A stretch of 64,000 nucleotides of DNA from an uncultured delta proteobacterium (GCA_963815115.1 CAWFFN010000012.1:512001-576000); one strand, 5' to 3'. Positions 42,014 through 52,153 are shown, counted from the first letter of the stretch. Notes: a model not told the origin generated them from the letters alone. Made by a program: numbers and translations.

Positions 42014-42839
42014 TTAGTTGTCGAGGAACGCGCCGCTGGGCGACGCCGCAGAAGCTGTCCGGCGAGGTGTTGGCGAGGATGCCAGTGATGAGGCCGGTGA
42101 GCTGGGTTCCGGTAGTCAGTGCGTAGCACGGAGGCGTGGCTCCCGGGACGTCGGCGCAGACCTTGTCGATCGAGTCGGCGGTCTTCCCCGCCGCCTTGTC
42201 GATGGCCGCCTGCGTGGCGGGGTCGGGCACCGTCGGCGGCATGCCGGCGAACACGCACTGATTCGCGCCGATCTTCCCGTTGAACGCGTTGGTCACGCAC
42301 TTGGAGACGGCCTTGCCGAAGCTGCCGACGTACTTCACGAGGGCCTTGGCGACGCCGTCCTCACACTTGGCCTGATCCTTGGTGGGCGTCATGTTGGTGT
42401 TCTCGAGGCAGAACACCGCAGGGCCGACGGTATCGACGTTGGTCTCGGCCGAGGCCACGAAGCCAGTGCCACCCGGACAGTCACTCGGAGTGTTGTCCGC
42501 GTAGCAGTCGGGACAGTCCTTCGTGCAGCCCTTCGTGATCCCCGCCACGGCCTTCTGCTCGGCGCCCTTGCCGGTGATGGCGTCGCTGATGCAGGTGGCC
42601 GTCGTGCCGCCATAGGGGGGCGTGCAATCGGTGTAGGGGCCATTGGTCTTGCGCGCCGTCGAGAGGCACTTCATGGCGCACTTGGCCTTCGAGCTGACGA
42701 ACTTCGCGCTCGTCTTCGACTGGCCGGTCTCGCACTTGAGCTCGTCCTTGTTTCCGGGTGCCACCTGGGCAAAGACCGGGGACGTGACGAAGCAGAGCGC
42801 TCCTGCCGCCAGGGCGATTCCCCGGAGACGTCCTTTCAT
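42014..42839 (-). CDS. Secreted Cys-paired helical protein; a probable single-base insertion near the end hides the true C-terminus ASPSGAFLDN
   Basis: Signal peptide, two KCE...K...K...KC units. The shifted frame gives TCG CCC AGC GGC GCG TTC CTC GAC AAC TAA, directly followed by the terminator. Confidence 0.75.
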
Positions 42840-43179
42840 AGTGTGTCCCTCCCTCTCTCGACGTTGTGTGTGGTGTCGCGGCGCGCGCACCACGCGCACG
42901 CCAAACATCAGTCACGTGACGAAATACGCTTAGGGTGGGACCGGAACCCTGTCAACGGAAAAAGTGCACGGTCTAGGAGAAATCTGGCGCCATGCGACGG
43001 ATGATGCGCACGCGTATCGCGTCACGCAGAGCACATGCGCACACGCGGCATTTCATTCGATTCTTGGCTGATCATCATCGCGCAATGCGAAGATGCGTCA
43101 CGCTCCTGCACCCCTGCAGTCCTGACGTCGCAGTACCGTCCGGGATGAAGACGCCGATGCCATCGCGTAGACTGCTGCG

Positions 43180-43773
43180 ATGGACGCGGATCTTCTAGGC
43201 GAACTCGGTGTGGCCTCCGGGGCGGCTGCGGCGTCCGGTCTTCGTCTCTACGGGACGGTCGCCGCGCTCGGCTTGCTGGACCACCTCGGCGTCTTGCACC
43301 TGCCAGGCAGTCTCGCGGTGCTCGGGCACCCCGCCATCATCGGACTGGCCGCGACGCTCTATCTGGCCGAGTTCGTCGCCGACAAGATTCCGGTGTTCGA
43401 CTCGGTCTGGGACGCGATCCACACCTTCGTTCGCATCCCCGCGGGCGCTGTCCTCGCGTTCGCGCTCCTGCACGACGTGCAGGAGCCCTGGCGCACGGCG
43501 GCGGCGCTCCTCGGCGGCGCAGTGGCGCTGTCGGCTCACGGCCTGAAGGCGAGCGCACGACTCGCGGCGAACGCAAGCCCCGAGCCCTTCTCCAACTGGG
43601 GTCTGTCGTTCTCGGAGGAGCTGGCCGTCGTCGGCGTGCTGTGGCTCGCGGTGGCCCATCCGCTGGCCGCCGTCGCGATCGGTCTCGCCCTGCTGGTGTG
43701 TGCCGGCCTCGCCGCCGGGTGGATACTGCGGGCCCTCCGGCGTCTCTTCCGCCGCCGGCCAGCGCCGGCATGA
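43180..43773 (+). CDS. DUF4126 family membrane protein
   Basis: ASGLRLYG, EFVADKIPVFDSVWDAIHTFVRIPAGA, SPEPFSNW; TAGACT 6 nt before the ATG suggests a leaderless transcript. Confidence 0.9.
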   Translation: MDADLLGELGVASGAAAASGLRLYGTVAALGLLDHLGVLHLPGSLAVLGHPAIIGLAATLYLAEFVADKIPVFDSVWDAIHTFVRIPAGAVLAFALLHDVQEPWRTAAALLGGAVALSAHGLKASARLAANASPEPFSNWGLSFSEELAVVGVLWLAVAHPLAAVAIGLALLVCAGLAAGWILRALRRLFRRRPAPA

Positions 43774-43894
43774 GAACGTTGCGGTCTGCCGTGGCGTGGT
43801 CGAGGTGCGCGAAGCTACGCGCCAGGCGTGTGACGGCGTGCGGGGCGGTGTCGCTTGACGCCCGCATTGCCGGCGGCGTACTTGAAGGCCGCCC

Positions 43895-44749
43895 GTGGCA
43901 ACGCAGACGAGAGTCATCGCCGGCGCTCAGGGCGCGGAGCTTTTCCGCGACCCGCGACGCACGCTGAAGCCGCGCAAGACCGGCCTCACGCAGGTGCTCG
44001 ACAAGGGTCTCTCGATCGCCGAGGCCGAAGGCATGCTCGAGGTGGCCGAAGGGTACGTCGACTTCGTGAAGTTCGGCTGGGCCACCTCGGTGGTGGTGGA
44101 GAACTTCGAGGCCAAGCTCGAGACATTTCGCCGCCACGGCATCGACGTGTGCTGCGGCGGCAGTCTCTTCGAGCTCGCCGTGCACCGCAAGCAGCTGAAG
44201 GAGTACATCGCCTTCCTGCTCGATCACGGGTTCAAGTTCGTCGAGGTCTCCGACGGCACCATCGTGATCCCGCTTGCCGAGAAGCTCCGCTACATCGAGC
44301 GTATGGCGAAACACTTCACGGTGTTCTCCGAGGTCGGGCGCAAGGATCGTACCCACGTCGTCGCGCCGCGGCGCTGGGTCGATCAGATCAAGAGCGAGCT
44401 GGGGGCAGGGGCGTGGAAGGTGATCGTCGAGGGGCGCGAATCGGGGACCGTCGGAATCTACTACTCGTCGGGAGAGATCAAGGCAGGCCTGATCGACGAG
44501 ATCCAGATGCAGATCGAGACGAGCCGCATCATATTCGAGGCGCCTCGAAAGCCCCAGCAGGTATGGTTCATCAAGCACTTCGGTCCAAACGTGAATCTCG
44601 GCAACATCCCGCCCGAGGACGTGATCTCGGTCGAGACCATCCGTCAGGGGCTGCGCGCCGACACCTTGCTGTTCGATCATGATGGTCATCCGTCGCCACC
44701 GACTGCTCAGCGGCGCACGGGAAGCCCGCGGCGTCGCGGTCGTCATTGA
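43895..44749 (+). CDS. comA: Phosphosulfolactate synthase
   Basis: KPRKTGLTQVLDKG, VDFVKFGWATS, GGSLFE, EVSDG, SEVGRK, EGRESG, IIFEAP...QQVWFI...GPNVNLGNI...ETIRQGLRADT. Confidence 0.93.
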   Translation: MATQTRVIAGAQGAELFRDPRRTLKPRKTGLTQVLDKGLSIAEAEGMLEVAEGYVDFVKFGWATSVVVENFEAKLETFRRHGIDVCCGGSLFELAVHRKQLKEYIAFLLDHGFKFVEVSDGTIVIPLAEKLRYIERMAKHFTVFSEVGRKDRTHVVAPRRWVDQIKSELGAGAWKVIVEGRESGTVGIYYSSGEIKAGLIDEIQMQIETSRIIFEAPRKPQQVWFIKHFGPNVNLGNIPPEDVISVETIRQGLRADTLLFDHDGHPSPPTAQRRTGSPRRRGRH

Positions 44750-45371
44750 CGTCTTCCGGGCTTTCAGCACCGCCGCCTATGCCTTCGAGCGGGGCGCGAC
44801 CGAGGTGGTGCTGGTCGGGCCCGTCGAGGATGCCTTCGCGCTCCGCCGGCGATGGCCGGATGCGCTCATCATGGGCGAGGTGGACGGCCGGCGCGTCGAG
44901 GGATTCGACTTCGGCAACTCGACGAGCGTCATCGCGCACGCCGAGCTGCGCGGCCGGCGGCTGATCCAGCGCACCAGCGCCGGCACCCAGGGCGTGCTCG
45001 CGGCACGGGGGGCCGACGAGATCGTGCTCGGGAGCTTCGTGTGCGCCGGCGCGATCGTGCGCCACGTCCGGCGGCGCGACCCGGCGGAGCTCTCCCTGGT
45101 CGCCATGGGGGTCCGGGGCGAGCGCCCGGCCGCCGAGGACGAGGCCTGCGCCGATCTGCTCGAGGCGCGCCTCGACGGGACGCCGCTCGACGAGGCCGCG
45201 CTGCTCCACCGCCTCGAATGCGGCGGCGCGGGCGAGCGCTTCGAGGAGGACTCGGACGACTTCCCACGCGCCGACGTGCCGCACTGTCTCAGGCTGGATG
45301 CGTTCGACTTCGTGCTCACGGTGGCGCGTCGGGACGGGCTTCTGGTCGCCACGCCGCAGGCGGTTCCGTGA
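44679..45371 (+). CDS. comB: 2-phosphosulfolactate phosphatase
   Basis: VVIDVFRAFST, GEVDG..VEGFDFGNS, RTSAGTQG, EDEACA; overlaps the comA end. Confidence 0.9.
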   Translation: MMVIRRHRLLSGAREARGVAVVIDVFRAFSTAAYAFERGATEVVLVGPVEDAFALRRRWPDALIMGEVDGRRVEGFDFGNSTSVIAHAELRGRRLIQRTSAGTQGVLAARGADEIVLGSFVCAGAIVRHVRRRDPAELSLVAMGVRGERPAAEDEACADLLEARLDGTPLDEAALLHRLECGGAGERFEEDSDDFPRADVPHCLRLDAFDFVLTVARRDGLLVATPQAVP

Positions 45372-45428
45372 TCGATTGCCCGATTGGTTGACCACCGACG
45401 GCAGGCAGACGTACATTCCGCCGCCGCG

Positions 45429-46661
45429 ATGCAGCGAGGACCGGAGGGAAGTGGCGCACAGCTCGTTGCGCCGGCGGGCGATGCCGCTTCCCGGCGCGTC
45501 CTCTTCCTGGAGAGCAGCGTCGGCGGGGGCGTGATCGGCGGCTCCCTGACCGGCATCCTCGAGCTGCTGCCGCACCTCGATCGCGCCCGCTGGAATCCGG
45601 CGCTCGTGCTGGCGGAGCCGAAGCCCGCCCTCGACCCCGCAGGCGTTCCGGTGCACGTCCTGACCCCGCGGCGCGGCTCGGGAGGGGTGGACCGTGGCGC
45701 GCTGCCGGTGCGCGTGCTGCGCCGGGCATCGGAGGTGCTGGGGATCGTGGCGCCGCGCGCCCGCGAGCTGCTGCCGCTCTTCCGTCGCGAGCGGCCCGCG
45801 CTGGTCTATCTGGCGAGCGGTCTCACCTCGAATCTGGCCGGGGTACTGGCCGCCGCTCGTTGCGGTGTCCCGGTGGTGTGCCATTTCAAGGGCTTCCGGC
45901 GCGTGGGACCCGTCGATCGATTCTGCTCGCGCTGGATCGACACCGCCGTCTGCATGACCGACGAGATCTCCGAGCACTATCGCAGCCGGCGCATTCATGC
46001 GCGCCGCTTCGTCACCATCTACGACGGCATCGACGTCGCCCGCTTCGCGAGTGGGGGTGGCGCGACCGTCCGGCGCGAGCTCGACATCCCGGCGGCGGCG
46101 CCGCTGGTCGCCATCGTGGGCCACGTGCAGGAGTGGAAGGGCCAGCTCCTGGTGGCTGAGGCGGTCGCGCGGGCGCGCCGGCGCATCCCCGAGCTGCGCT
46201 GTCTGATCGTCGGCGGCATTCATCGGCTCGGCGCGGAGTACGGCGAGCGCCTGAAAGAACGCGTGGCGGCTCCCGACCTGGCCGGTCACGTGCTGCTCAC
46301 CGGCGCCCGGCGCGACGTCGCCGCCTGCATGGACGCAGCCGACCTCGTGATCCACGCCTCCAATCGTGAGCCCTTCGGGCGCGTCCTCCTCGAGGCCATG
46401 GCGGCGAGCCGTCCGGTGATCGCGCCCCGCGAAGGCGGACCGCGCGAGATCGTCGTCGACGGCAAGACGGGCGTGCTGGTGCCGCCGCGCGACCCCGAGG
46501 CGCTCGCCTCGGCGATGGTCGCGCTGCTCGAGGACCCGGCGCGGCGTGCCGCCATCGCACGCGCCGCCCGCACGCGCGTGGCGGAGGTCTTCGACATCAG
46601 CCGGCATGCGCGCGCAATCGAGGCCCTGTTCGACGACGTCGCGTCCCGGGTGCCGGCATGA
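45429..46661 (+). CDS. Glycosyltransferase family 4
   Basis: VGHVQEWKGQ, SNREPFGRVLLEAMAASRPVI, GGPREIVVDGKTG. Confidence 0.92.
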   Translation: MQRGPEGSGAQLVAPAGDAASRRVLFLESSVGGGVIGGSLTGILELLPHLDRARWNPALVLAEPKPALDPAGVPVHVLTPRRGSGGVDRGALPVRVLRRASEVLGIVAPRARELLPLFRRERPALVYLASGLTSNLAGVLAAARCGVPVVCHFKGFRRVGPVDRFCSRWIDTAVCMTDEISEHYRSRRIHARRFVTIYDGIDVARFASGGGATVRRELDIPAAAPLVAIVGHVQEWKGQLLVAEAVARARRRIPELRCLIVGGIHRLGAEYGERLKERVAAPDLAGHVLLTGARRDVAACMDAADLVIHASNREPFGRVLLEAMAASRPVIAPREGGPREIVVDGKTGVLVPPRDPEALASAMVALLEDPARRAAIARAARTRVAEVFDISRHARAIEALFDDVASRVPA

Positions 46662-47878
46662 GCAGCCGGCGCAAGGTCCTCGTGCTCGGCAAGAGCGACT
46701 CGAGCTTCCTGACCGTCATCCGGTCGCTCGGCCGCCAGGGCATCGAGGTCCACATCGCCTGGTGCCCGTCCATCGAGGTCGCCCGTCGGTCGCGCTACGT
46801 GCACACGGTTCACGAGCTGCCGCCGTTTCGCCCCGGCGACGACGCATGGAAGTGGGCGTTCCTCGATCTCTGCGAGCGTGAGCGCTTCGATCTCGTGATC
46901 CCGACCAACGATCCGACCATCATCCCGTTGCAGGAGCACCGCTCCGATCTCGAGCCGCACGCGCGCATCTACCTGCTGAACGAGCGCGCCTACCGCGTGG
47001 GCTACGACAAGCAGCGCAGCTACGAGGTCTGTCGCGAGATCGGCGTCCGGGTCCCGAATCACCTCATCCTGCCCGTGCCGGCCGAGCCGGCGGATGTGCT
47101 GCGCGAGTTCTCGCTACCCGTGGTGGTGAAGGCGCGCTCGTCGTTCCGCTCGGAGGATCTCGGCGATCGGCGCCGCACGCGCGTGGCGCGCGATCCGGAC
47201 GCGCTTCGCCAGTGGCTGCACGTCCTGATCGGTCGCGCCGACGAGGTGCTCATCGAGGAGTACTTCGAGGGAGAGGGCGGCGGCATCGACCTGCTGTGCG
47301 CCGACGGCCAGGTGCTGCACGCCTTCCAGCACCTCCGGCTGCACGAGGGTCGCGGCTACTCGTCGGCGCCGTACCGGCTGAGCGAGCCGGTGCACCAGGG
47401 GATGCTGGCCGACGCGCGCAAGTTCGTGCGCGCGCTCGACTACACGGGCGTCCTGATGATGGAGTTCCGCATCAATCGCGCGACCGACCAGTGGCTGTTC
47501 CACGACTTCAACGCGCGCTTCTGGGCGGCGCTGCCGCTCACCGTCGCGTCGGGCGCGGACTATCCGTACTGGCTCTACCAGGTGCTGGTCGAGGGAAAGC
47601 GCGACTTCCCCGCGGAGTATCGGTCCGGAATCTCCTGCCGCAACTGGCGCCTCGACCTGCTCTGGGTGAAGGAGAACTTGTCGCTGCCGCGCCACGAACG
47701 CACGCCCGTGCGCGAGCTGGCGAAGGAGGCCTGGCGCTTCGTCACCCTGCGCGAGTGGAGCGACACGCTGGTGCGCGACGATCCCGTGCCGGGCCTCGTC
47801 GACCTGTCGCGCATCGCCGGCCGGCTCGGCCGCACCATCGGCCGCGGCGGGCGGCTGTTCCCCTCGTCGGCGAGATAG
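46658..47878 (+). CDS. ATP-grasp (carboxylate-amine ligase) family protein
   Basis: IRSLGRQG, SRYV, VIPTND, DKQRSY, PVVVKAR, LIEEYFEG, YTGVLMMEFR, FNARFW; ATGA-coupled to GT4. Confidence 0.85.
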   Translation: MSSRRKVLVLGKSDSSFLTVIRSLGRQGIEVHIAWCPSIEVARRSRYVHTVHELPPFRPGDDAWKWAFLDLCERERFDLVIPTNDPTIIPLQEHRSDLEPHARIYLLNERAYRVGYDKQRSYEVCREIGVRVPNHLILPVPAEPADVLREFSLPVVVKARSSFRSEDLGDRRRTRVARDPDALRQWLHVLIGRADEVLIEEYFEGEGGGIDLLCADGQVLHAFQHLRLHEGRGYSSAPYRLSEPVHQGMLADARKFVRALDYTGVLMMEFRINRATDQWLFHDFNARFWAALPLTVASGADYPYWLYQVLVEGKRDFPAEYRSGISCRNWRLDLLWVKENLSLPRHERTPVRELAKEAWRFVTLREWSDTLVRDDPVPGLVDLSRIAGRLGRTIGRGGRLFPSSAR

Positions 47879-47954
47879 CCCGGCAGCGAGCTCCCGTTCC
47901 CGCACCCGCTCTGCCTCCTTGACGCCGGGGCGGAGTGCCTCGTACGCCGGCGGC

Positions 47955-48749
47955 ATGAGCACGCTCGATGAGAGCCCGGTTCCGGACTATCCCGCGCTCG
48001 TTCGCCTCGACGGCCGCGGCTTCATCGTCGCCGGCGCGGGCCAGGGCATCGGCAGGCAGACGGCCCACGCCCTTGCGGCGGCCGGGGCACGGATCGTGTG
48101 CGCCGACGCCGACCGCGAGCGTGCAGAGGCCGTCGCGGCCGAGGTGCGAGGCGCGGCGTGGGTGGGCGACGTGCGAGACCGGGCCGCGGTCGAGGGGCTC
48201 GTCGCCGGTGCCGGGCGCACGCTCGGGCCCCTCGACGGCCTGATCGACATCGTCGGCGAAGCCCGCTTCGGTCCGTTCCTCGATTGCACCGACGAGGACT
48301 GGGACTGGAGCTTCGGGATGGTACTGCGTCACGCGTACCTGGCGGCGCAGATCGCGGGTCGCGCCATGGCCGATCGTGGCGGGGTGATGGTCTTCGTGGC
48401 GTCGGTGAGCGGGCTCACCAGTGCGCCGCGCCATGCCGCGTACGGAGCCGCCAAGGCGGCCCTCATGTCCCTCGTGCGCACGGTTGCGGTGGAGCTCGGA
48501 CCGCGCGGGGTTCGCGTCAACGCCGTGGCGCCGGGTGCGGTGTGGACGCCGCGTGTCGCCGCGCTTCTCGGCGAGGAGGGCAGGGCGCGCAACCTCGCCA
48601 ACGCCCCGTTGCGCCGGATCGGAACTCCCGCTGACGTGGCGAGCACCATCCTGTTTCTCGCCTCGGACCTGTCGTCCTATCTGACCGGCCAGACGCTCGT
48701 GCTCGACGGCGGCGTCGGTGCCAAGTTTCCCTATCCCTCCGGGGCGTGA
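47955..48749 (+). CDS. SDR family oxidoreductase
   Basis: GAGQGIG, YGAAKAA, RVNAVAPG, LTGQTLVLDGG. Confidence 0.92.
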   Translation: MSTLDESPVPDYPALVRLDGRGFIVAGAGQGIGRQTAHALAAAGARIVCADADRERAEAVAAEVRGAAWVGDVRDRAAVEGLVAGAGRTLGPLDGLIDIVGEARFGPFLDCTDEDWDWSFGMVLRHAYLAAQIAGRAMADRGGVMVFVASVSGLTSAPRHAAYGAAKAALMSLVRTVAVELGPRGVRVNAVAPGAVWTPRVAALLGEEGRARNLANAPLRRIGTPADVASTILFLASDLSSYLTGQTLVLDGGVGAKFPYPSGA

Positions 48750-48859
48750 GGCGAAGGCGCCGGTCGACGACGCGGGCACGTGCTGGGCGGCGACGTTCTC
48801 CACCGCCAGATCGAACGACGGGACGGCGTTCGAGGCGAAGACGAGCTGAGACTCGGCCG

Positions 48860-50200
48860 CTACGCGGCCTTCCCACCCTGCAGGCGCGCGGCCATGCGGC
48901 GCGCCGCGCGCGCCATCTCGCCGATCTCCGCCGGCCGGACGAGCAGCGTCTCCAGGACGGAGTGCCCCGAGTCGCGCACGAAGGCGACGAGCAGCACGAG
49001 CGCGGCGGTGCCGTAGGACAGGCCGTTGGCGAGCGCGGCGCCGGAGATGCCGTAGCGCGGGATGAGGAAGATGTTCAACGTCACGTTGAGCGTGAGGGCG
49101 AGGCAAGCGGCCAGGATGTTGATCTCCTGCTTGCCCCGGCTGGTGAAGTTCCGGGTGAGCAGCTGGTAGAGCGCCATCATGAGCAGGCCGGGCAGGAGGA
49201 TGAGCAGCGGCTTGATGGCGCCGTCGTAGCGGTGACCGTAGAGGATGGGGATCAGGAGGGGGCCGCCGACGGCGAATCCCAGGACGCCGAGGGCGAGGAT
49301 GAAGAGCGTGGAGCGGGTGACGCGCGTGGTGGCGGCGTGGGCGTCGCGATCGGCGGAGCCGGCCAGGCGCGGGAACATCACGGTGCCGGTCGCCTCCGGA
49401 ATCTTGAGGAGCAGGCTGCCGAAGTTGACCGCGATCGCGTAGAGGCCGACCTGGGCGGGGGGCAGGAAGAAGGCGCAGATGTACTGGTCGATGCGCAGGT
49501 GGAGCGTCGCCGCCAGCGTCTGCACGTAGGACTTGCTGCCGAACGACAGCATCCCGCGGGCGAGCGGCCGGTTCCAGTGCAGGTGCAGCGGCGCTTCACG
49601 GTGCACCCGCCAGGTCATCCACAGCGTCATGAAGACCTGGATCACGACCTGCACGATGACCGCGCCGACGAGCCCCATGTGGAGCAGCACCAGCGTGATC
49701 AGGAGGCCGACCAGGCTGAGCACGTTCGGCACGATCTGGCGGACGTTGTATTCGCGGAAACGCTCCTGCGCCTGCGCGACGCCCAGCAGATAGAACTGGA
49801 GCGTGACGAACGGGATCAGCGCCAGCGAGGGCGGGATGAGCGACGGGGGCGTGTCCTTCAGGAACTTCGCGATCAGCCAGTCGCGGCCGAGGTAGCACAC
49901 CAGCGCGGCAACGGTGCCGCTGACGAAGGCGAACCAGATCGAGTTCGATGCGACGTCCGACGCGGACGCCCCGCGCCGCCGCATGTAGTACACGCTTGCC
50001 TGCGGGATGCCGAGCTTGACGAAGTTCGACAGCATGATCGGCAGCAGCACGAGGAGCTGGAAGCGGCCGCGATCGGCCGGCCCGAGCCAGCGCGCCGTGA
50101 TGATGCCGTTCACGATGCCGATGGCCATCATGGCCACCTGACCGCCGAGGACCTGGAGTGAGTCTGCGGCGAAGTGCCGGCGGGCCTTGTGCTCAGCCAT
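48860..50200 (-). CDS. Wzx-like flippase / polysaccharide biosynthesis protein
   Basis: ARWLGPADRG, LHLRIDQ, VGLYAIAV, LIPRYGISGAALA; many TM segments. Confidence 0.9.
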   Translation of the reverse strand: MAEHKARRHFAADSLQVLGGQVAMMAIGIVNGIITARWLGPADRGRFQLLVLLPIMLSNFVKLGIPQASVYYMRRRGASASDVASNSIWFAFVSGTVAALVCYLGRDWLIAKFLKDTPPSLIPPSLALIPFVTLQFYLLGVAQAQERFREYNVRQIVPNVLSLVGLLITLVLLHMGLVGAVIVQVVIQVFMTLWMTWRVHREAPLHLHWNRPLARGMLSFGSKSYVQTLAATLHLRIDQYICAFFLPPAQVGLYAIAVNFGSLLLKIPEATGTVMFPRLAGSADRDAHAATTRVTRSTLFILALGVLGFAVGGPLLIPILYGHRYDGAIKPLLILLPGLLMMALYQLLTRNFTSRGKQEINILAACLALTLNVTLNIFLIPRYGISGAALANGLSYGTAALVLLVAFVRDSGHSVLETLLVRPAEIGEMARAARRMAARLQGGKAA

Positions 50201-52073
50201 GCGAGCTCTCCGCGGCGCCAGGCGGGAGTGCGTAGAGGGCGGACCCGCCGGCACGCACCACGGGAGCGCCTGCCCGGTCGAGGAACGCCCGCCACAGCCC
50301 GGTGACCTGGGCCTCGTAGGGATCGCCGGCCGCCTTCAGGTCGTTCTCATCCACGGCGACGTGCGTCGCGCCGAGCCGGCGGGCTGCGTCGCCGAGAGCA
50401 TCGACCGTGTTCACGTGCCGGTAGTCGACGAGACCCTGCTCGAGGTAGCTCATCAGCACGAAGGGCCGCTCGATGAAGTAGGGGTGGGGGATCTTCTCGA
50501 ACACGAGCACGCGTCCGGTCGCGGGGATGGCCTGGTTGGCCTGGTGCCAGAAGACATAGCGGTCCGAGTAGCGGGAAAGGAAGACCTCGGGGGCGAGGCG
50601 CCCGAAGGCGACGCGCACCTGGTCCGGCCACATGGGGCGGAGCATGCGGCTCACGAGGAGCAGGTTGCCGCCGACGGTGACCGCCACCACCAGACAGAAC
50701 AGGCGCCGCCCGCACAGCGCCCGCGCCGCCGGCGTCGCGGCCGCGATCAGGAGCGCGAGCCCGGGAAGCACGTAGCGCGGGTGCGCCCACGCCCCGACTG
50801 CGATGATCGCGACGTAGCCGGCTCCGATCGCGGCCACCGCCAGCGCGGCGCCCCGTCGCTCCCGGAGCAGGACCAGCGCCGGGAGGAAGGCCAGGCTCCA
50901 CGGGCTCGTGTCCTGTCCCTGTCGCTTGCCCTTCTCGAACGACTCCGGATGCATGGTGAGATCCCACGGGAAGCGCGCCACCTCGGTGCCCCGGTAGGGC
51001 TTGCCGCCGCGCTGCGAGGCCTCCGTGGTGCGGTACTGGTCGTAGTACAGGTCGAGATACGCGGCCGCCTCGGTACTCCAGTTGCGCCCCGCGAACACCC
51101 TCTGGCCGAAGGGGTAGAGAGGATTTCCGGTCTCGACCAGGTTGCGTACGTACCAGGGCGAGAGCAGCACGAGCGCGAGCACGCCGAAGCTCAGCGCGGC
51201 GCCGCCGGCGCGTCCGAGCGCGAGGCGGCGGCGGGCGAGGACGGCGAGGACGCCGATGCCCACCAGCGTCGGCACGAGCAGCGCCATGATCTTGGAGCCG
51301 CCCGCGAGACCGGCCATGATGCCCGCGCGTCGCAGGTCGCCCGCCCGCTCGCTGCTTGCCCAGTCGAGCAACGCCGAGACGGCGAGCGCGGCGTAGAGCA
51401 CCACGCTCGTGTCGGTTCCTGCGCGGGTCATCTGCGACCAGCACATCCCGGTGGTGAAGAACACGGCGCCGGCGACGGCTCCCAGCCGATCACCGAGATG
51501 GCGGCGAGTGAGCGTCGCCAGGGCGAGCGCAGCCATCACGCCGGCGACGGCGTTCAGCAGCCGCGCCAGGACGTCGCCGCGCAGCGCGAAGGCGATCGTG
51601 AAGAGAAAGTTCTCGAGCCACTGCTGCTGTCCCCAGAAGGTCCAGGGTGTGGGCACGAGGCCGCCGGCGAGCGCGTAGAGCCGCGGGTAGACGAGATGGT
51701 ACTTCTCCTGGTCGCCGCCCACCGGCGGCGCGAACCACGTCGGCGCCTCGATGAGCAGCAGCAGGGCACAAGCGGCCACGAGAACCCACGTCATGAGCCC
51801 GCGCGGCGCGCGCACCGCGCGCAGGGCAGCGATGAGAGGCGAGCCGCCCGCGACGAGCGCGATCGCGCCCGCGATCGCGAGGGGCAGGGGGCGGAGCACT
51901 CCGGCGGCGGCGAGCCCGAGCCCGACCAAGCTGGCCAGCCCGAGGCCGGTGGCGAGGCCCGCCAGCAGATGCTCGTGGGGCTGGTTCGGCAGCGCGCTCG
52001 CGGCGCGCAGCGCGAGCAACCCGGCCGCGGCGCTGGCTGCGAGCACCGCGAGCAGCAGGAGCAGATCGATCAC
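50193..52073 (-). CDS. GT-C fold (ArnT/PMT-like) membrane glycosyltransferase
   Basis: PPVGGDQEKYHL, AGLAGGSK, LSPWYVRNLVETGNPLYPF, RYVLP; polytopic. GTG start at 52073. Confidence 0.8.
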   Translation of the reverse strand: MIDLLLLLAVLAASAAAGLLALRAASALPNQPHEHLLAGLATGLGLASLVGLGLAAAGVLRPLPLAIAGAIALVAGGSPLIAALRAVRAPRGLMTWVLVAACALLLLIEAPTWFAPPVGGDQEKYHLVYPRLYALAGGLVPTPWTFWGQQQWLENFLFTIAFALRGDVLARLLNAVAGVMAALALATLTRRHLGDRLGAVAGAVFFTTGMCWSQMTRAGTDTSVVLYAALAVSALLDWASSERAGDLRRAGIMAGLAGGSKIMALLVPTLVGIGVLAVLARRRLALGRAGGAALSFGVLALVLLSPWYVRNLVETGNPLYPFGQRVFAGRNWSTEAAAYLDLYYDQYRTTEASQRGGKPYRGTEVARFPWDLTMHPESFEKGKRQGQDTSPWSLAFLPALVLLRERRGAALAVAAIGAGYVAIIAVGAWAHPRYVLPGLALLIAAATPAARALCGRRLFCLVVAVTVGGNLLLVSRMLRPMWPDQVRVAFGRLAPEVFLSRYSDRYVFWHQANQAIPATGRVLVFEKIPHPYFIERPFVLMSYLEQGLVDYRHVNTVDALGDAARRLGATHVAVDENDLKAAGDPYEAQVTGLWRAFLDRAGAPVVRAGGSALYALPPGAAESSHG

Positions 52074-52153
52074 GACGACCCCCGGAGGTAGCCGAGCCAG
52101 TAGATCGCGTAGATCGCCGCGGCCCAGACGGCGAGCACCAGCCGGAGGATCAC
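52070..52153 (-). CDS. Putative 27-aa single-TM peptide coupled to the GT-C gene
   Basis: MILRLVLAVWAAAIYAIYWLGYLRGSS; its TGA overlaps the GTG of the next gene (GTGA). Confidence 0.45.
   Translation of the reverse strand: MILRLVLAVWAAAIYAIYWLGYLRGSS

Noticed and set aside
43895-45371. Coenzyme M biosynthesis
   Set aside because: Only comA and comB are present; no downstream CoM genes are in the window, so the pathway cannot be claimed.
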